Source of the DNA: Dehalococcoidia bacterium
GTDB lineage: Bacteria > Chloroflexota > Dehalococcoidia > Lucifugimonadales > UBA3495
Assembly (NCBI GenBank): GCA_965218875.1
Contig: CBDCMJ010000001.1
Coordinates: 2,840 to 66,839, forward strand
Reading direction: 5' to 3'
Length of the DNA: 64,000 nt
In this document: piece after piece, positions 16,660 to 26,803 of the stretch
Numbering within the stretch: position 1 is the first letter of the stretch
How the letters are laid out: every line of letters starts with the position of its first letter
Made by a program: the position numbers and the translations under genes
Notes under the pieces: generated by a model
Told to the model about the DNA's origin: nothing
Database searches by the model: none
What the model saw: only the letters and a program-made list of their open reading frames with translations

Positions 16660-19238
16660 CAGGCGTCACCTCCGGAACCACTCCCCGGCGGGTTGGGGTT
16701 GCGGGTTCGCGTCCGGTGCTGCCCGCCGGTCTGGTCCGTGGCCGGAGGCTGCGCCGGTGGGGAACCATTGGCGTTCTGCCGCTCCGCCAGGAGCCTGCGG
16801 TACTCGCTCACCCTCTGCTCCCCCTCGGCGTTGCCGGCCGCGATCTGGCCGGCGCTGGTGGTGTAGCCACGGGAGGCGTTGCGAACGGCCTCGGCCACCT
16901 CGGGGTCGCCCGGCTCCGGCTTGCGGACCATCATCGAGTAGGCGGGCAGACGCTCCGTCCCCACGGTGGCCCGCACGTAGCACTGATGGACCGGCAATGA
17001 CGTGATGTCGTCCTCGGTCACCCGGTCCTTGCCCAGCTCCCACACCAGCCGGCGGGCGTCGTTACCGGCCACCTGGAACACCGCCAGGCAGCCCAGGTTG
17101 GCCAGGATGGTGTCCTGCATGGTGCGGGAGAGGTCGTCCAGCTTGGCCAGGCTCTGCGTCGCCAGGATGAAACTGGCGCCGTACTTGCCCAGCTCGCTGA
17201 GCATGGACTCGTAATCGACGCCGGGCATGGACTGCATCTCGTCCACGACCACCAGGGCGCCCCGCCGCCGGTGCAGGGGCAGGCTCTCCTGCTCCCGGAT
17301 CACCGAGTCCACCAGGTTGAGCAGGGACGCTCCCACCAGGGCGGCCACGTCCCTGCCCGCCGTCCCCTGGGCGGTGGACACCAGCAGCACGCCGCCCTCC
17401 AGGATGGTCTCCCGCAGGTCGATGGTGGAGCGGGACTGGCCCAGAATGGAGCGGGCGCGCTTGGAGGAGGCGTAGTAGGCCAGGCGGGTCTGCACCGGGG
17501 CCAATGCCTCGGCCCGGTACTGGCGGTGCCAGCCGCCGAAGTCCCGCTCCCACCACTCCATGATGTAGGGGTCGGAGACCTTCGCCAGCACCTCGCCCCG
17601 GAACTTGCCGTCGGAGAGGAGCTTCAGCCCGTCCAGGATGGTGTGCTGGTCGCCGGCGTCGGTGGAAGGGTGGGCGTTGGCCTCGTGCAGGGTCTTGACG
17701 GTGTGCTCCAGGATGGACTGCATCCGTGGACCCCACTGTTCCCACAGGCCCCGCGCCACCCGCACCACCGAGTCGGCGGTGCGGTCCCTATCGGCGAAGA
17801 TGCGGGTGTCCAGCAGGTTGATGCCCGGCGCGCCCTGTTCGTCGGCCAGGTCGATGAGCCTCACTTTGTCGACGATGGACCCGGGGACGTGCTCCAGCAG
17901 CCCGGCCACCAGGTCGGCATGGGGGTCGACGACGATGATGGCGTCGCCGTCCCGGCCCGCCGCCTTCTCCCTGAGCTTGTGGACGACGATGTGGTGCATC
18001 AGGGTGGACTTGCCCATGCGGGTGCGGGCCACGTAGAGATGGTGACGGCGCAGCAGGTCCTCGGGGAAGCGAATCTCCCGGGTCTGCCCGCCGGTGGTGT
18101 CGCCCACCAGCGCGCCCTCGGCAGTGCCCCGGACCGGGGGCAGCAGGGACCTGGAGCCGGAGCGTTCCACCAACGGAGTCTCGTCACGCTCGCCGGGCGG
18201 GTGCCACAGCGTGGCCGCCTCTCGCACCCCCAGGATGCTGCGCTTGCCGAACAGACCCGGCCCGGCGGGGTGCAGGTTGTCCGTGGGAACCAGGGGTTGT
18301 ACGTCGCCGACCTTGAACCTGGCCCCGGCGGGATGATCGAAATGGCGGTAGGCGGCGGCCACCCCTTCCAGCAGTTCCTCGGCCCGCTGGATGCGGCCCC
18401 GTTCCGGCAGGACTGCCACCACCTGCAACTCGGCGTCGAAGGCGATGCGGGAGACCTTCTCCCGTATCAGGATGGGGTCGTAGACCCGGCTGCGGGCCTG
18501 CTTCCAGCGCCACCAGCCCCAGCCCGCCACGGTCAGGCCCAGGACGGAGCCCGCGCCCAGGAGCGACGCCTTGAGGAACTCGCCGTCCTGTACCCACAGG
18601 TAGCCCTTCAGGGCGGCCAGCGCCCCCGCGCCCAGCACGGCCATGGTGACGCCGTCCAGCTGCAGGGGCTTGGTCTGGTAGGTGTAGGAGGGATCGGGCC
18701 GCTGCTGGCCCGGGTTCTTGAAGGCCTTCTGCTGGTGAGCCTGGGACCAGTCGGGACCCAGGGAGCGCAGCAGCAGGCGGGAGACCAGCCGCTCGCCGGG
18801 CCGCAGGTCGCCGAGCGCGCCCAGGAGGGCAATGAGCGGATCGGAGCCGGCGTCCAGCAGGTCGTCGTCCCGGAAGGTGCGCAGGGGGACGAACTCCGGC
18901 CCGCCGGAGCGCAGAGTCAGGCCCCAGGCCTGCTCCCCCGGGTCCAGCCGCAACGGGTCGTCCCCGGGCGGTACCTCGCGGATGCGGGCCTGGGGGTAGT
19001 GGGCGGCCAGCTGTCCCTGGACCACCTGCCGGTCCAGGCAGCGGGCCATCAGGGTGACGCCGCTGGCGTCACCGGCCAGCTCCAGGGAGAAGGGTTCGGG
19101 GACGGCGATGGACTGGAGCAGGTTCTCCACGCCCAGCAGGGTCCGCTCGCCGGTGCGCGGCGGCGTCACCGCCAAAAGGGCCGGAGGACGACGGTTCCGG
19201 GCGTCGCCGAAGATGATTTTCTTCACGTTGATATTCAT
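16659..19238 (-). CDS. Type IV coupling protein (VirD4/TraD/TcpA-like ATPase)
   Basis: N-terminal TM region, Walker A ARTRMGKSTLM, Walker B ALVVVDEMQS. It sits next to VirB4. Confidence 0.75.
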   Translation of the reverse strand: MNINVKKIIFGDARNRRPPALLAVTPPRTGERTLLGVENLLQSIAVPEPFSLELAGDASGVTLMARCLDRQVVQGQLAAHYPQARIREVPPGDDPLRLDPGEQAWGLTLRSGGPEFVPLRTFRDDDLLDAGSDPLIALLGALGDLRPGERLVSRLLLRSLGPDWSQAHQQKAFKNPGQQRPDPSYTYQTKPLQLDGVTMAVLGAGALAALKGYLWVQDGEFLKASLLGAGSVLGLTVAGWGWWRWKQARSRVYDPILIREKVSRIAFDAELQVVAVLPERGRIQRAEELLEGVAAAYRHFDHPAGARFKVGDVQPLVPTDNLHPAGPGLFGKRSILGVREAATLWHPPGERDETPLVERSGSRSLLPPVRGTAEGALVGDTTGGQTREIRFPEDLLRRHHLYVARTRMGKSTLMHHIVVHKLREKAAGRDGDAIIVVDPHADLVAGLLEHVPGSIVDKVRLIDLADEQGAPGINLLDTRIFADRDRTADSVVRVARGLWEQWGPRMQSILEHTVKTLHEANAHPSTDAGDQHTILDGLKLLSDGKFRGEVLAKVSDPYIMEWWERDFGGWHRQYRAEALAPVQTRLAYYASSKRARSILGQSRSTIDLRETILEGGVLLVSTAQGTAGRDVAALVGASLLNLVDSVIREQESLPLHRRRGALVVVDEMQSMPGVDYESMLSELGKYGASFILATQSLAKLDDLSRTMQDTILANLGCLAVFQVAGNDARRLVWELGKDRVTEDDITSLPVHQCYVRATVGTERLPAYSMMVRKPEPGDPEVAEAVRNASRGYTTSAGQIAAGNAEGEQRVSEYRRLLAERQNANGSPPAQPPATDQTGGQHRTRTRNPNPPGSGSGGDA

Positions 19239-19273
19239 ACTGGATGCCTCTCTTTACGGGATTTGTTTGCGGA

Positions 19274-21526
19274 CTAATGACGCGGCCCCGGCCGCCACTC
19301 GATTACCTCGGTCTCTTCGGGGGTGGCCTCGATGCGGATGGGGAAGCGGTTGCCCCTTGCCAGCAGCAGCCCGTCTCCCCGAGGACAGGACAGGAGCCAG
19401 CGTTGCAGCTCCACCGGCAGGTCGAAGGCTTCGCCCACGGTGCTGATGGCGGCGGCGTCCTGCTGCAACAGCAGCTTGAAGGCGGCGTTCTGGAGCAGCG
19501 CCCTGCCGGAGTGGCCGGTGATGGCGCGCGACGAGTCCTCGGAGAGCAGGTCCTGCACGTCCTGGGTGATGAACTGCAACCCCAGCCGGTGCTTGCGGGC
19601 GCGCTTGGCCATGCTGACCATGAATGCCGCCCCTTCGGGGTGCTGCATGATGCTCCACACCTCGTCCACCACCAGCAGGCGGGGCCGGGGGTCTTGGGCG
19701 GCGGCGGCCCATACCGTCTCGGTGCAGACCATCGCGGCGGCGGGACGCAGTTCCGGTTCCAGCAGGTGCAGGTCGAAGACGGTGACCAGGGCCTCGTGGG
19801 TCAGCAGGTCGTCGCCCTCGTCGGAGAGCAGGTGGCGCAGGCTACCGGTGGCGAAGGGCCGCAGCAGGTGGGCGATGTCGCCGCCCTCGGCTTCCAGGTA
19901 GGCGTAGAAGTCGCGGAATCCGGTGCGCTCCCTATGCTCGGCGTAGTAGCCCGCCAGGGCGTGATCCAAAGACGAGCGCCGCTCGGCGCTGAGCCGCTCC
20001 CCCACCATCACCTCGATGAGACGCCGCAGGCTGCCGATGCGCTGGAGCAGTTCCTCGCTGTCGCCCCGATCGATGACGAAGGGGTTCATGCCCTGCCCCG
20101 CGATTCCAGGGGACAGCACCCTCCCGCCGGCGGCGCGGGCCATGTCGGCGTACTCGCCCTCCGGGTCGATCACGTAGGCGCGCACGCCACGGCAGACGCC
20201 GCGCAGCACCCCCAGCTTGGTGGCGAAACTCTTGCCGCTGCCGGAACGGGCTAGGACGGCGGTGTTGGCATTCAGGTGGGTGCCGTCGAAGGGGTCGTAG
20301 ACGATGGGGGCGCAGGCCCGCAGGTCGATGCCGTAGAGAGTGCCGCTCCTGGTGTCCAGGTCCGGCGGCGAGAAGGGGAAGAGCCGCGCCAGCGACGACG
20401 TGTCCAGGGTCCGCCACACCGCCACGGCGTTGAGGCCCAGGGGCAGGGTGGACAGCAGGCCCTCGCGCTGCCGGAAGGCCAGGTTGTCCAGCTTGCCCAG
20501 GGTGGCGGCGAAGTGGGCGCGGGCCTTCTGGGTCAACTCCTTCAGCCCGTCGGCGTTGTCGGCGTGCAACGTCACCGACAGGGAGGCATGGAACAGCCGC
20601 TCCCGTCCCCGCTGTACTTCATCGCGCAAACGGCTCACGTCCTCCAGGGCGATCTCCGCCTCCGGCGACAGGCTGCGGCCCCGGTTCAGAGACAGGGATT
20701 GCGCCGACTCGAAGCGGACCTTCTGCCACTCCAGGGTGCGGGCGGCCTGCTCCGACGGAATGGCGCCCAGGTGGACCGACAGATCCATGGGCGCTCCGGC
20801 GGCCATCAGCCCCTGTAGGAAGCCCGGGGCCAGCAAGCGGGGCCACTTGCCCAGGTGCAGGGAGCGGGTCAGGTGGGCTCCGACGCGGATGTCGCGGCGG
20901 TTGATCTCCACCGCCAACTCTGTGTCTTCATCACGGTCAATGGGTGAACCCCCAAGGGCCGAGGCCAGCAGCAGGAGGCGCAGCGGTTCTCCTTTCAGGG
21001 GGAACACTCCCAGCCCGGCCCGGGCCAGCAGCCCACGCATCTCGTCGGCGCGGTTGTGTTCGCAGATGGCGTAGAAGCGCCGGTCCAGGATTCCCTCCCG
21101 GGATTCCAAGCCGGTCAGGAGCCGTCCCAGGGAGTCGGCGGCATCTCGGGTCTGCTGGGGCAGGTCCTCGGGCTGGGCTTGTTCAAGATTGGCCCGCAGG
21201 CTTTGAAACACCGGCGGGTGCTGGCGGACCAGCAGTTGCACCGGGAAGTCCAGGGCGTTCAACGAACCGGCGAAGGCCCCCAGCTTGGGCTCGTCCAGCT
21301 CCAACCCCATCACCTCCAGCACCCCCAGCTTCACCCCGTCCAGCCGCACCGGCCCGTCCTCTTCCAGGTGGGACAGCATGAAGAACAGGGACAGCGGGGG
21401 TGGCGGCTTGGGTTCCGCCGTCTCGGTGAGCTCGATGTCATTGGGTTGAATTTCCTCGGACGCTGCGGGATTTTCCTTCCTGCCGCGTCCGGCCAGCTTC
21501 TTCAGGTTGGGTAGTGTCGCTTTCAT
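19274..21526 (-). CDS. VirB4/TrbE-like conjugative ATPase (ICE copy A)
   Basis: Walker A ARSGSGKSF, Walker B RLLVVDEVWSIM, about 750 aa. It is the homolog of the partial ORF at 61942 onward. Confidence 0.85.
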   Translation of the reverse strand: MKATLPNLKKLAGRGRKENPAASEEIQPNDIELTETAEPKPPPPLSLFFMLSHLEEDGPVRLDGVKLGVLEVMGLELDEPKLGAFAGSLNALDFPVQLLVRQHPPVFQSLRANLEQAQPEDLPQQTRDAADSLGRLLTGLESREGILDRRFYAICEHNRADEMRGLLARAGLGVFPLKGEPLRLLLLASALGGSPIDRDEDTELAVEINRRDIRVGAHLTRSLHLGKWPRLLAPGFLQGLMAAGAPMDLSVHLGAIPSEQAARTLEWQKVRFESAQSLSLNRGRSLSPEAEIALEDVSRLRDEVQRGRERLFHASLSVTLHADNADGLKELTQKARAHFAATLGKLDNLAFRQREGLLSTLPLGLNAVAVWRTLDTSSLARLFPFSPPDLDTRSGTLYGIDLRACAPIVYDPFDGTHLNANTAVLARSGSGKSFATKLGVLRGVCRGVRAYVIDPEGEYADMARAAGGRVLSPGIAGQGMNPFVIDRGDSEELLQRIGSLRRLIEVMVGERLSAERRSSLDHALAGYYAEHRERTGFRDFYAYLEAEGGDIAHLLRPFATGSLRHLLSDEGDDLLTHEALVTVFDLHLLEPELRPAAAMVCTETVWAAAAQDPRPRLLVVDEVWSIMQHPEGAAFMVSMAKRARKHRLGLQFITQDVQDLLSEDSSRAITGHSGRALLQNAAFKLLLQQDAAAISTVGEAFDLPVELQRWLLSCPRGDGLLLARGNRFPIRIEATPEETEVIEWRPGPRH

Positions 21527-21547
21527 CGGTGAATCTCCTTTTTTCTT

Positions 21548-21895
21548 CTATGGGCCGGGCAGGACTTCGATGATCCGGCTGTTGAGCGCGGCGGCGATGC
21601 CCTTGGCCAGCAGCACCACCACCAGCCCGACCACGGCCATGATTACGGCGTTCCTGGCTTTTCCCCGCCCAGAACCTTCTCCCTCGGCGCCCTCGGCCAT
21701 CAGGACGAACCCCGCCCAGACGATGGCGAAGAAGCACAGGCCCACCCCGGCGTAGGCCATGCCGGTCAGCACCACGTCGAAGGCGGCCAGCATCCTTGCC
21801 TTCTCGTCCGGCGCGGCGGCGGCCACGGAGGCCAGCGCCGCACCGGAGGCGAGCAGGGTCTTTGCCACGCGCCCTACCACGGCCACCAGTCCCAC
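21548..21895 (-). CDS. Small integral membrane protein, T4SS-associated (GTG start)
   Basis: It aligns with 61576-61920 (..MLAAFD.VLTGMA.AGVGLC.FAIVWAGFVLMAEGAEGEG.GRGKARNAVIMAVVGLVVVLLAK). It overlaps the stop of the upstream ORF, as in copy B. Confidence 0.6.
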   Translation of the reverse strand: MGLVAVVGRVAKTLLASGAALASVAAAAPDEKARMLAAFDVVLTGMAYAGVGLCFFAIVWAGFVLMAEGAEGEGSGRGKARNAVIMAVVGLVVVLLAKGIAAALNSRIIEVLPGP

Positions 21896-23493
21896 CAGTT
21901 GGAATCGCCCACCGGCGTCTGCTCCGCCCTGGGCGGCGGGGGTGTGGGCGGTGGAACGTGCAGGGCCTCGTATGGGTCGTCGGCCCCCACGCCCAGAGCC
22001 TGCCCCGCACTTGATGCGGGGGCCGGGGCCAGGGGCGCCGTCTCCGGCCTGGTCCGGGTGACCGGAGCGCGCTGGGTCTCGACGGCCCGCACGTGCTCCG
22101 GGTGGTGGACGTAGATACGGACGGTCCTGGTCACCGAGGAACCCTCGCCGCAGGACAGGCTCACCCGCCGGGTATACACGTCGGTTCGGGCCGGGTGGTG
22201 GGTGGTCTGCAACATCGGAGGCAGCGGCACGTTCAGCGTCGCCGTAAGGTCCGCCGTGATTTCCAGGTTGTGGACCGCCTTCCTGTTGGCGACGGGCAGC
22301 CGGAACCGGGTCTCGCCGCCCGCGACGAAGGACACGCTGGCCCGGTGGCTTCCGGCGGCGACGTCGACCCTGCCAGCGATTCGGGTGACGCTGGCGTCCA
22401 GCAGGGCGGGGACGTTCTGGCTGAAGTGGCCGCCGTACACCGGCAGGTCCACCTCCTGGCGGGTCTCGGCGATACACTCCGAGGCGATGACGCCGGAGAT
22501 GCTGCCCGGCGTCCACTCCAGGGAGGTCAGCTCCAGGTCGCACAGCCCGCCGTCGGCCTGGGGCAGGGGGTAGGGTATCTGGCCGCTCTTCAGGGTCACC
22601 GCTCCGGACCGGCCCAGGGCGTCCAACCAGGAGAAGGTGAAGGACGGCGACGGGCCGTTCAGGGTCAGGTTGTAGCTCTTGCTCTGGCCCGCCGTCAGGC
22701 TGGTGTTGGCCCCCATCTTCAGGGTCCGGCCCGACCTGCCGCCGAAGACCCGCACCTTCAGGTCCAGGTCGTGGGCCGCCCGCAGGGTGACGGCGGCGGT
22801 GTCGCCGGAGACGGCGAGACGTTCGATGAAGATGCGCCGTCCCGGCACCGGCTCCGGCGGGACGAAGTAGATCTCGTCCAGCCGCCAGCCCGGGTCCTCG
22901 TCGGGGTCGTCGGCCAGGACGGCGCTGGGCAGCAGGACCACCGCCAGCAGGCCCAGCGCCGCCACCGCCAGGAAGCGGTTCCAGGGTTTCTTGCCCTTGG
23001 ATTCATGCTGGCTGGGGTTGGGGCCGTTGCCGCCGTCCCGGTTGCGGCGTTTGCCGAACCAGCTGTGGGGACGGAACGGTGCTCTCCCCTTCTTGCGGGC
23101 AGCCCTGACCCCCCGGCTCAAGCCGGAGGCGGCTTTCTTGGCCAGCAGCCGCAGCGGGTCGGGCCTGGCCTCCGGCGGGGCGGGCGGCTCGCTCTTGGTC
23201 ATTTCCAGCGGGGACCCGGCGTAGCGCCTGGCCCCCAGGTTGAACTTCAGCAGGTCGGCGGCCACCAGGGGCAGCCCCCGGCCTCCCACCTTGCCCACGG
23301 TCAGGGCAATTCCCACGACGCCGATCAGCACGCCAACCGCCAGGCGCACCGCCATCGGGCCGAAGGGCAGGTAGTGGAAGGCTCCGTAGGACACGGCGCA
23401 CACCGCCACCACCGCCACTATCTGGGGAAAGGTGAACCACAGCAGCACTTTATCCTCGGCCTGCACGTGGGTTGGGACTTCATGCTCTCTCAT
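21874..23493 (-). CDS. PrgI/VirB3-like N-terminal membrane domain protein with a large extracellular region
   Basis: MREHEVPTHVQAEDKVLLWFTFPQIVAVV is the PrgI-family start pattern. It has two to three TM segments followed by about 350 aa of beta-rich region. It is paired with 59975-61594. Confidence 0.65.
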   Translation of the reverse strand: MREHEVPTHVQAEDKVLLWFTFPQIVAVVAVCAVSYGAFHYLPFGPMAVRLAVGVLIGVVGIALTVGKVGGRGLPLVAADLLKFNLGARRYAGSPLEMTKSEPPAPPEARPDPLRLLAKKAASGLSRGVRAARKKGRAPFRPHSWFGKRRNRDGGNGPNPSQHESKGKKPWNRFLAVAALGLLAVVLLPSAVLADDPDEDPGWRLDEIYFVPPEPVPGRRIFIERLAVSGDTAAVTLRAAHDLDLKVRVFGGRSGRTLKMGANTSLTAGQSKSYNLTLNGPSPSFTFSWLDALGRSGAVTLKSGQIPYPLPQADGGLCDLELTSLEWTPGSISGVIASECIAETRQEVDLPVYGGHFSQNVPALLDASVTRIAGRVDVAAGSHRASVSFVAGGETRFRLPVANRKAVHNLEITADLTATLNVPLPPMLQTTHHPARTDVYTRRVSLSCGEGSSVTRTVRIYVHHPEHVRAVETQRAPVTRTRPETAPLAPAPASSAGQALGVGADDPYEALHVPPPTPPPPRAEQTPVGDSNWWDWWPW

Positions 23494-23506
23494 TCCATCC
23501 CTCCTT

Positions 23507-23779
23507 CTAGCTGTCGGTCGGGTCGGGCACGGTGGGGTCCACCGGGTTGCCCACCACGGCGTTCATCACCAGCTCAACGACGCCATAAGCGACGAGGGCC
23601 AGCACGATGCCGGCCAGGGCGGTCATCATGGCCGCCTTGCCCCGCTCCATCTGGTTGGGCGCTCCGGAGGCGGTGAGGTACATGTAGGCGCCGTAGATGA
23701 AATAGCCCACGCCGACGACGCCCACCAAACCCAGCAGGATGCCCACCAGGTTCGATATGGTCTGTGTCAGGTCGTCCAT
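23507..23779 (-). CDS. TrbC/VirB2-like pilin-type small membrane protein
   Basis: 90 aa with two hydrophobic helices flanking YMYLTASGAPNQMERGKAAM. It is nearly identical to 59668-59964. Confidence 0.6.
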   Translation of the reverse strand: MDDLTQTISNLVGILLGLVGVVGVGYFIYGAYMYLTASGAPNQMERGKAAMMTALAGIVLALVAYGVVELVMNAVVGNPVDPTVPDPTDS

Positions 23780-23931
23780 ACGGTTTTTCTCCTTTCAAAT
23801 TGGATTGCCCGATATGTGAATTGCGTTGCTGTGGTCGGCCCCAATCTGCTACTGGCACATGTCTCCACCTCCCGGGCGGTTCCGGCGCGAAACCTGTCCG
23901 CGCCGGTGGTTGTCGTCGTTCCGGTTGCTGG

Positions 23932-24912
23932 CTACGGCCCCTGGCTGCGGGGCGTCGGGCCGCTTTGGGCCGGGGAAGTGGAGTTCTGGGCCGCCGAGTT
24001 CACCGCTCCGGCGGCCGTGGTGGCGGCGGCGCTGGCTGCGCCGGTCGCCGCTGACGCGGCGGCAACTCCCGCCGGTCCTCCGGCAGCTCCACCGGCCAAC
24101 ATCCCCAGGGCGCGGCCAGAACGCACCACCGAGCCGGGCAGGGACATCCCGAAGTAGAGGGTGTGCAGCCAGGCGTCGAAGGTCCCGTGATGCCCCAGCA
24201 TCGAGGGCACCCGGCCCGCCAGGTACATGAAGGCGATGGCCATCAGCAGCTTCCACACCAGGTCCTCCGACGGCTCGAAAGCGGCGATGGCGGCGAAGTC
24301 CTCCAGAAAGGCGAAGGCCAGGGCCACGGCGATGAGCTGGATTGCCTGCTGGAACACCGTGGTCATGAACAGCCGGAGCCAGTGCTTTCCCCAACCGGCG
24401 GTGTGGGGCAGAATCCACAGCCCCAGGGCGATGGGCGCCAGGCAGAGCAGGATGTCAATCAGGGCCAGGCGCAGGATCATCTGCACCAGCAGGTAGAGGA
24501 CGAAGAAGCCGAAGACCAGGTAGAGCAGGGCGATGAACACCGCCAGGCCGGTGTTGGCGGTCTCGACGGCGGTCAGCAGCGGCTCCAGGGGAGCCCGCAG
24601 CAGGGCGCCGGGGGTCACGTCCAGGGAGACGGCGATGAACTGGGAGACGGCGTGGGCCACGTCGATGACCAGGGCGCACCACCAGAGGGACGACGCGGCG
24701 GCGGTGAGTCCCAGGACCAGCCGGGGCACCATCTCCCGCCAGCCCGACTGGTGGTGGCCCAGGTGCTCCTGGACGATGAAGCTCAGCCCCATCCAGCCCA
24801 GGATCACCGCCAAAGCGCCGGAGGTGATGGCCCAGACCACCATCCACGCCTGCTGGATGAAGGGATGCAGGTAGGTGAGTTCAGGAGGAGTTCCGGTGAG
24901 GATGTCCGTCAT
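23932..24912 (-). CDS. VirB6/TrbL-like polytopic membrane protein
   Basis: It has six or more hydrophobic segments and an Ala/Gly-rich tail. By eye it is about 97 percent identical to 58542-59522. Confidence 0.65.
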   Translation of the reverse strand: MTDILTGTPPELTYLHPFIQQAWMVVWAITSGALAVILGWMGLSFIVQEHLGHHQSGWREMVPRLVLGLTAAASSLWWCALVIDVAHAVSQFIAVSLDVTPGALLRAPLEPLLTAVETANTGLAVFIALLYLVFGFFVLYLLVQMILRLALIDILLCLAPIALGLWILPHTAGWGKHWLRLFMTTVFQQAIQLIAVALAFAFLEDFAAIAAFEPSEDLVWKLLMAIAFMYLAGRVPSMLGHHGTFDAWLHTLYFGMSLPGSVVRSGRALGMLAGGAAGGPAGVAAASAATGAASAAATTAAGAVNSAAQNSTSPAQSGPTPRSQGP

Positions 24913-24918
24913 ACGTCC

Positions 24919-25542
24919 CTACCCTCCCCGGCACTCGTCGAGGTCGCTGGCCGACACCTTCTGCACCACGCCGCACAGGGTCCCGTGGACTCCCTGGATG
25001 ACCCACTTGGCGGCGGCCCGGGCCCAGCGGTCGGGGTCGAGAGCGCCCAGCACCCGGTCCCACAACCCGTTGGGCTGGTGGACGGGAATCAGGGCGTGGA
25101 AGACGTGGTGGTCGCCGCCCCCGGTGCGCGGAACGGCCAGCACCAGGAGATATGCCTGCTCGGGGTGAAGCTCGGGCTGCTCGTCCAGGGCCGGGTACTC
25201 GAAGGTGTACTCCCAGCCTTCGGAGAGGTGCTTTTCGCCGCCCTGGACCCGGTAGGTATTGGTGAGCCAGTCGCCGGTGTCGGGGTGGCGGATGGAGTAG
25301 AACAGGACATCGGTCTTCCGGCTGAGGATGGGGCGGGCCACGAAGTCGCCCTCCTTCTTCCGCTCCACCATCTGCCGGTCCCGGTTGACCAGGGTGACGG
25401 AGTCGGTGTCGGGGGGCGGCGGGGACTGGGCCAGTGCCAGCCCAGAAGCAGGGATGGCAACGAGGGCCGTAAAGAGCAAAGCCCCTGCCAGGAGAATCAG
25501 GCGGCGGGCTTTGCCGGACCTGGGGATGAATCGGCGGAACAT
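24919..25542 (-). CDS. Secreted protein of the T4SS operon (signal peptide)
   Basis: MFRRFIPRSGKARRLILLAGALLFTALVAIPASGLALA is a signal peptide. It is the homolog of 57915-58535. Confidence 0.6.
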   Translation of the reverse strand: MFRRFIPRSGKARRLILLAGALLFTALVAIPASGLALAQSPPPPDTDSVTLVNRDRQMVERKKEGDFVARPILSRKTDVLFYSIRHPDTGDWLTNTYRVQGGEKHLSEGWEYTFEYPALDEQPELHPEQAYLLVLAVPRTGGGDHHVFHALIPVHQPNGLWDRVLGALDPDRWARAAAKWVIQGVHGTLCGVVQKVSASDLDECRGG

Positions 25543-25948
25543 GGTGGCCTCCTCGTCGGTGATGGGGACGTTTTGTCCCGCCGTCGAGTCTGACCACGCG
25601 GGGTGGGCTTACCAATGGCTTGTGAGGGGGGACTGTACGGAGGCCCCCCTCACGGGGCATCAACTTTCCGGGGCGCGGTGTGATGTTATGGGGGTGTACA
25701 GGGATTGGCAGGCAGCGACGCGAGTCCACGGTGGCCGGTTCATTCGGGAAACCGGCGGATTAGCTGCATTTCCGTTGCATTACAGCAAGCACTTGGGTAT
25801 TAGGGCTGGTTGCCAGGTTTCCGGCATCGCCCCCCTACAGGAATTGCAACCCTGTGGCCTGCTGGAGCGTTGTTGTCGTGCAAGCGCCCTGTGTCGAAAC
25901 CGCAACTTTGCGCCGGTGGTCATACCGCTGGCGCCGGGAGGTACGGAC

Positions 25949-26803
25949 ATGGAACGGAGCCGGAACGTGGAGGACCTGCACCACCTGCGTCTGATGGCGT
26001 TGCTGCACGAGCTGGTGCGGGAGCGGGACTTGAAGGGCGCGGCGGAGGCCCTGGGCCTGGACCCCAGGACGCTCAGCGCCAGCATGGACCGGGGGGCGTT
26101 GTCGGGGCTGGCCCAGGTGGCCCTGGAGCGGTGGCTGTTGGCCGAGGGGGACCGGGAGGCTGCCCAGGCCCGCGACGAGGTGCGGGAGCTGGCGGGGCGC
26201 GTGGACGGCGTTGAGCAGCGGGTTGACGGGCTGGCGGACGAGGTGGGCAAGGCAGTGGGGGAAGTCCAGCGGGTTGCCGAGGAAGCTGGCGGGAATGGCG
26301 CCGGGGATCGGGCGAGAGAATTGCAGCGGTTGGAGCGGCGGATGGACCGGCTGGAGTCAGCAGGCGGGGTTGGCGCCGGACGGGCCGGTGGGCCGCAGGC
26401 GACCGGAGCGGGGCGACGCCCGGCTCTGACAGGGATTGCGGCGTCCGCGCGGCGTTACCCCGACCTGGTTACCCGCGATGCCGACGCTGACGACGAGGAG
26501 GTCTTCGGCGACGCCTGGCCCTTGGTTGACGAATGGCGCGGCTTGTGGAAAGGCCACCCCGACCGGGTCAGGGGCCTGCGCTGGCTTGACACCGAGGCGC
26601 GCATCTTGGAGCTGGAGTTGGCGATGCTGGAGGAGCACGGCCTGACCCTGCCGCCGGAGACGGAGCCGCTGCGGGGGCTGGAGCGGAACGCCCAGCTGGG
26701 CTGGCGGCAGAAAGCACTGGCCGACACTCGCCGGAAGTTAGCCCGGCGGAGGGCGCTGCGCCGGCTTAGGCGGTTGCTCACCCTTGGGCTGTGGCGGCGG
26801 TAG
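25949..26803 (+). CDS. ICE-conserved regulator-like protein (N-terminal HTH-like segment, coiled-coil, conserved C-terminal domain)
   Basis: ..LKGAAEALGLDPRTLSASM.. and the C-terminal RRYPDLV..WPLVDEWRGLW..ILELELAMLEEHGLTLPPETEPLRGLERN are shared with 56667-57518. Confidence 0.55.
   Translation: MERSRNVEDLHHLRLMALLHELVRERDLKGAAEALGLDPRTLSASMDRGALSGLAQVALERWLLAEGDREAAQARDEVRELAGRVDGVEQRVDGLADEVGKAVGEVQRVAEEAGGNGAGDRARELQRLERRMDRLESAGGVGAGRAGGPQATGAGRRPALTGIAASARRYPDLVTRDADADDEEVFGDAWPLVDEWRGLWKGHPDRVRGLRWLDTEARILELELAMLEEHGLTLPPETEPLRGLERNAQLGWRQKALADTRRKLARRRALRRLRRLLTLGLWRR

Noticed and set aside
17271-19277. 668-aa plus-strand ORF antisense to the coupling-protein gene. Similar long antisense ORFs include 22093-23676, 24163-25593, 37298-38362, 45415-47751, 47779-50598, 52411-54117, 57821-59179 and 62788-63948.
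   Set aside because: These are shadow ORFs typical of GC-rich DNA. They have Arg/Gly/Pro/Ala/His-rich low-complexity translations, no motifs and no ribosome-binding sites. Each lies opposite an ORF with clear family signatures.
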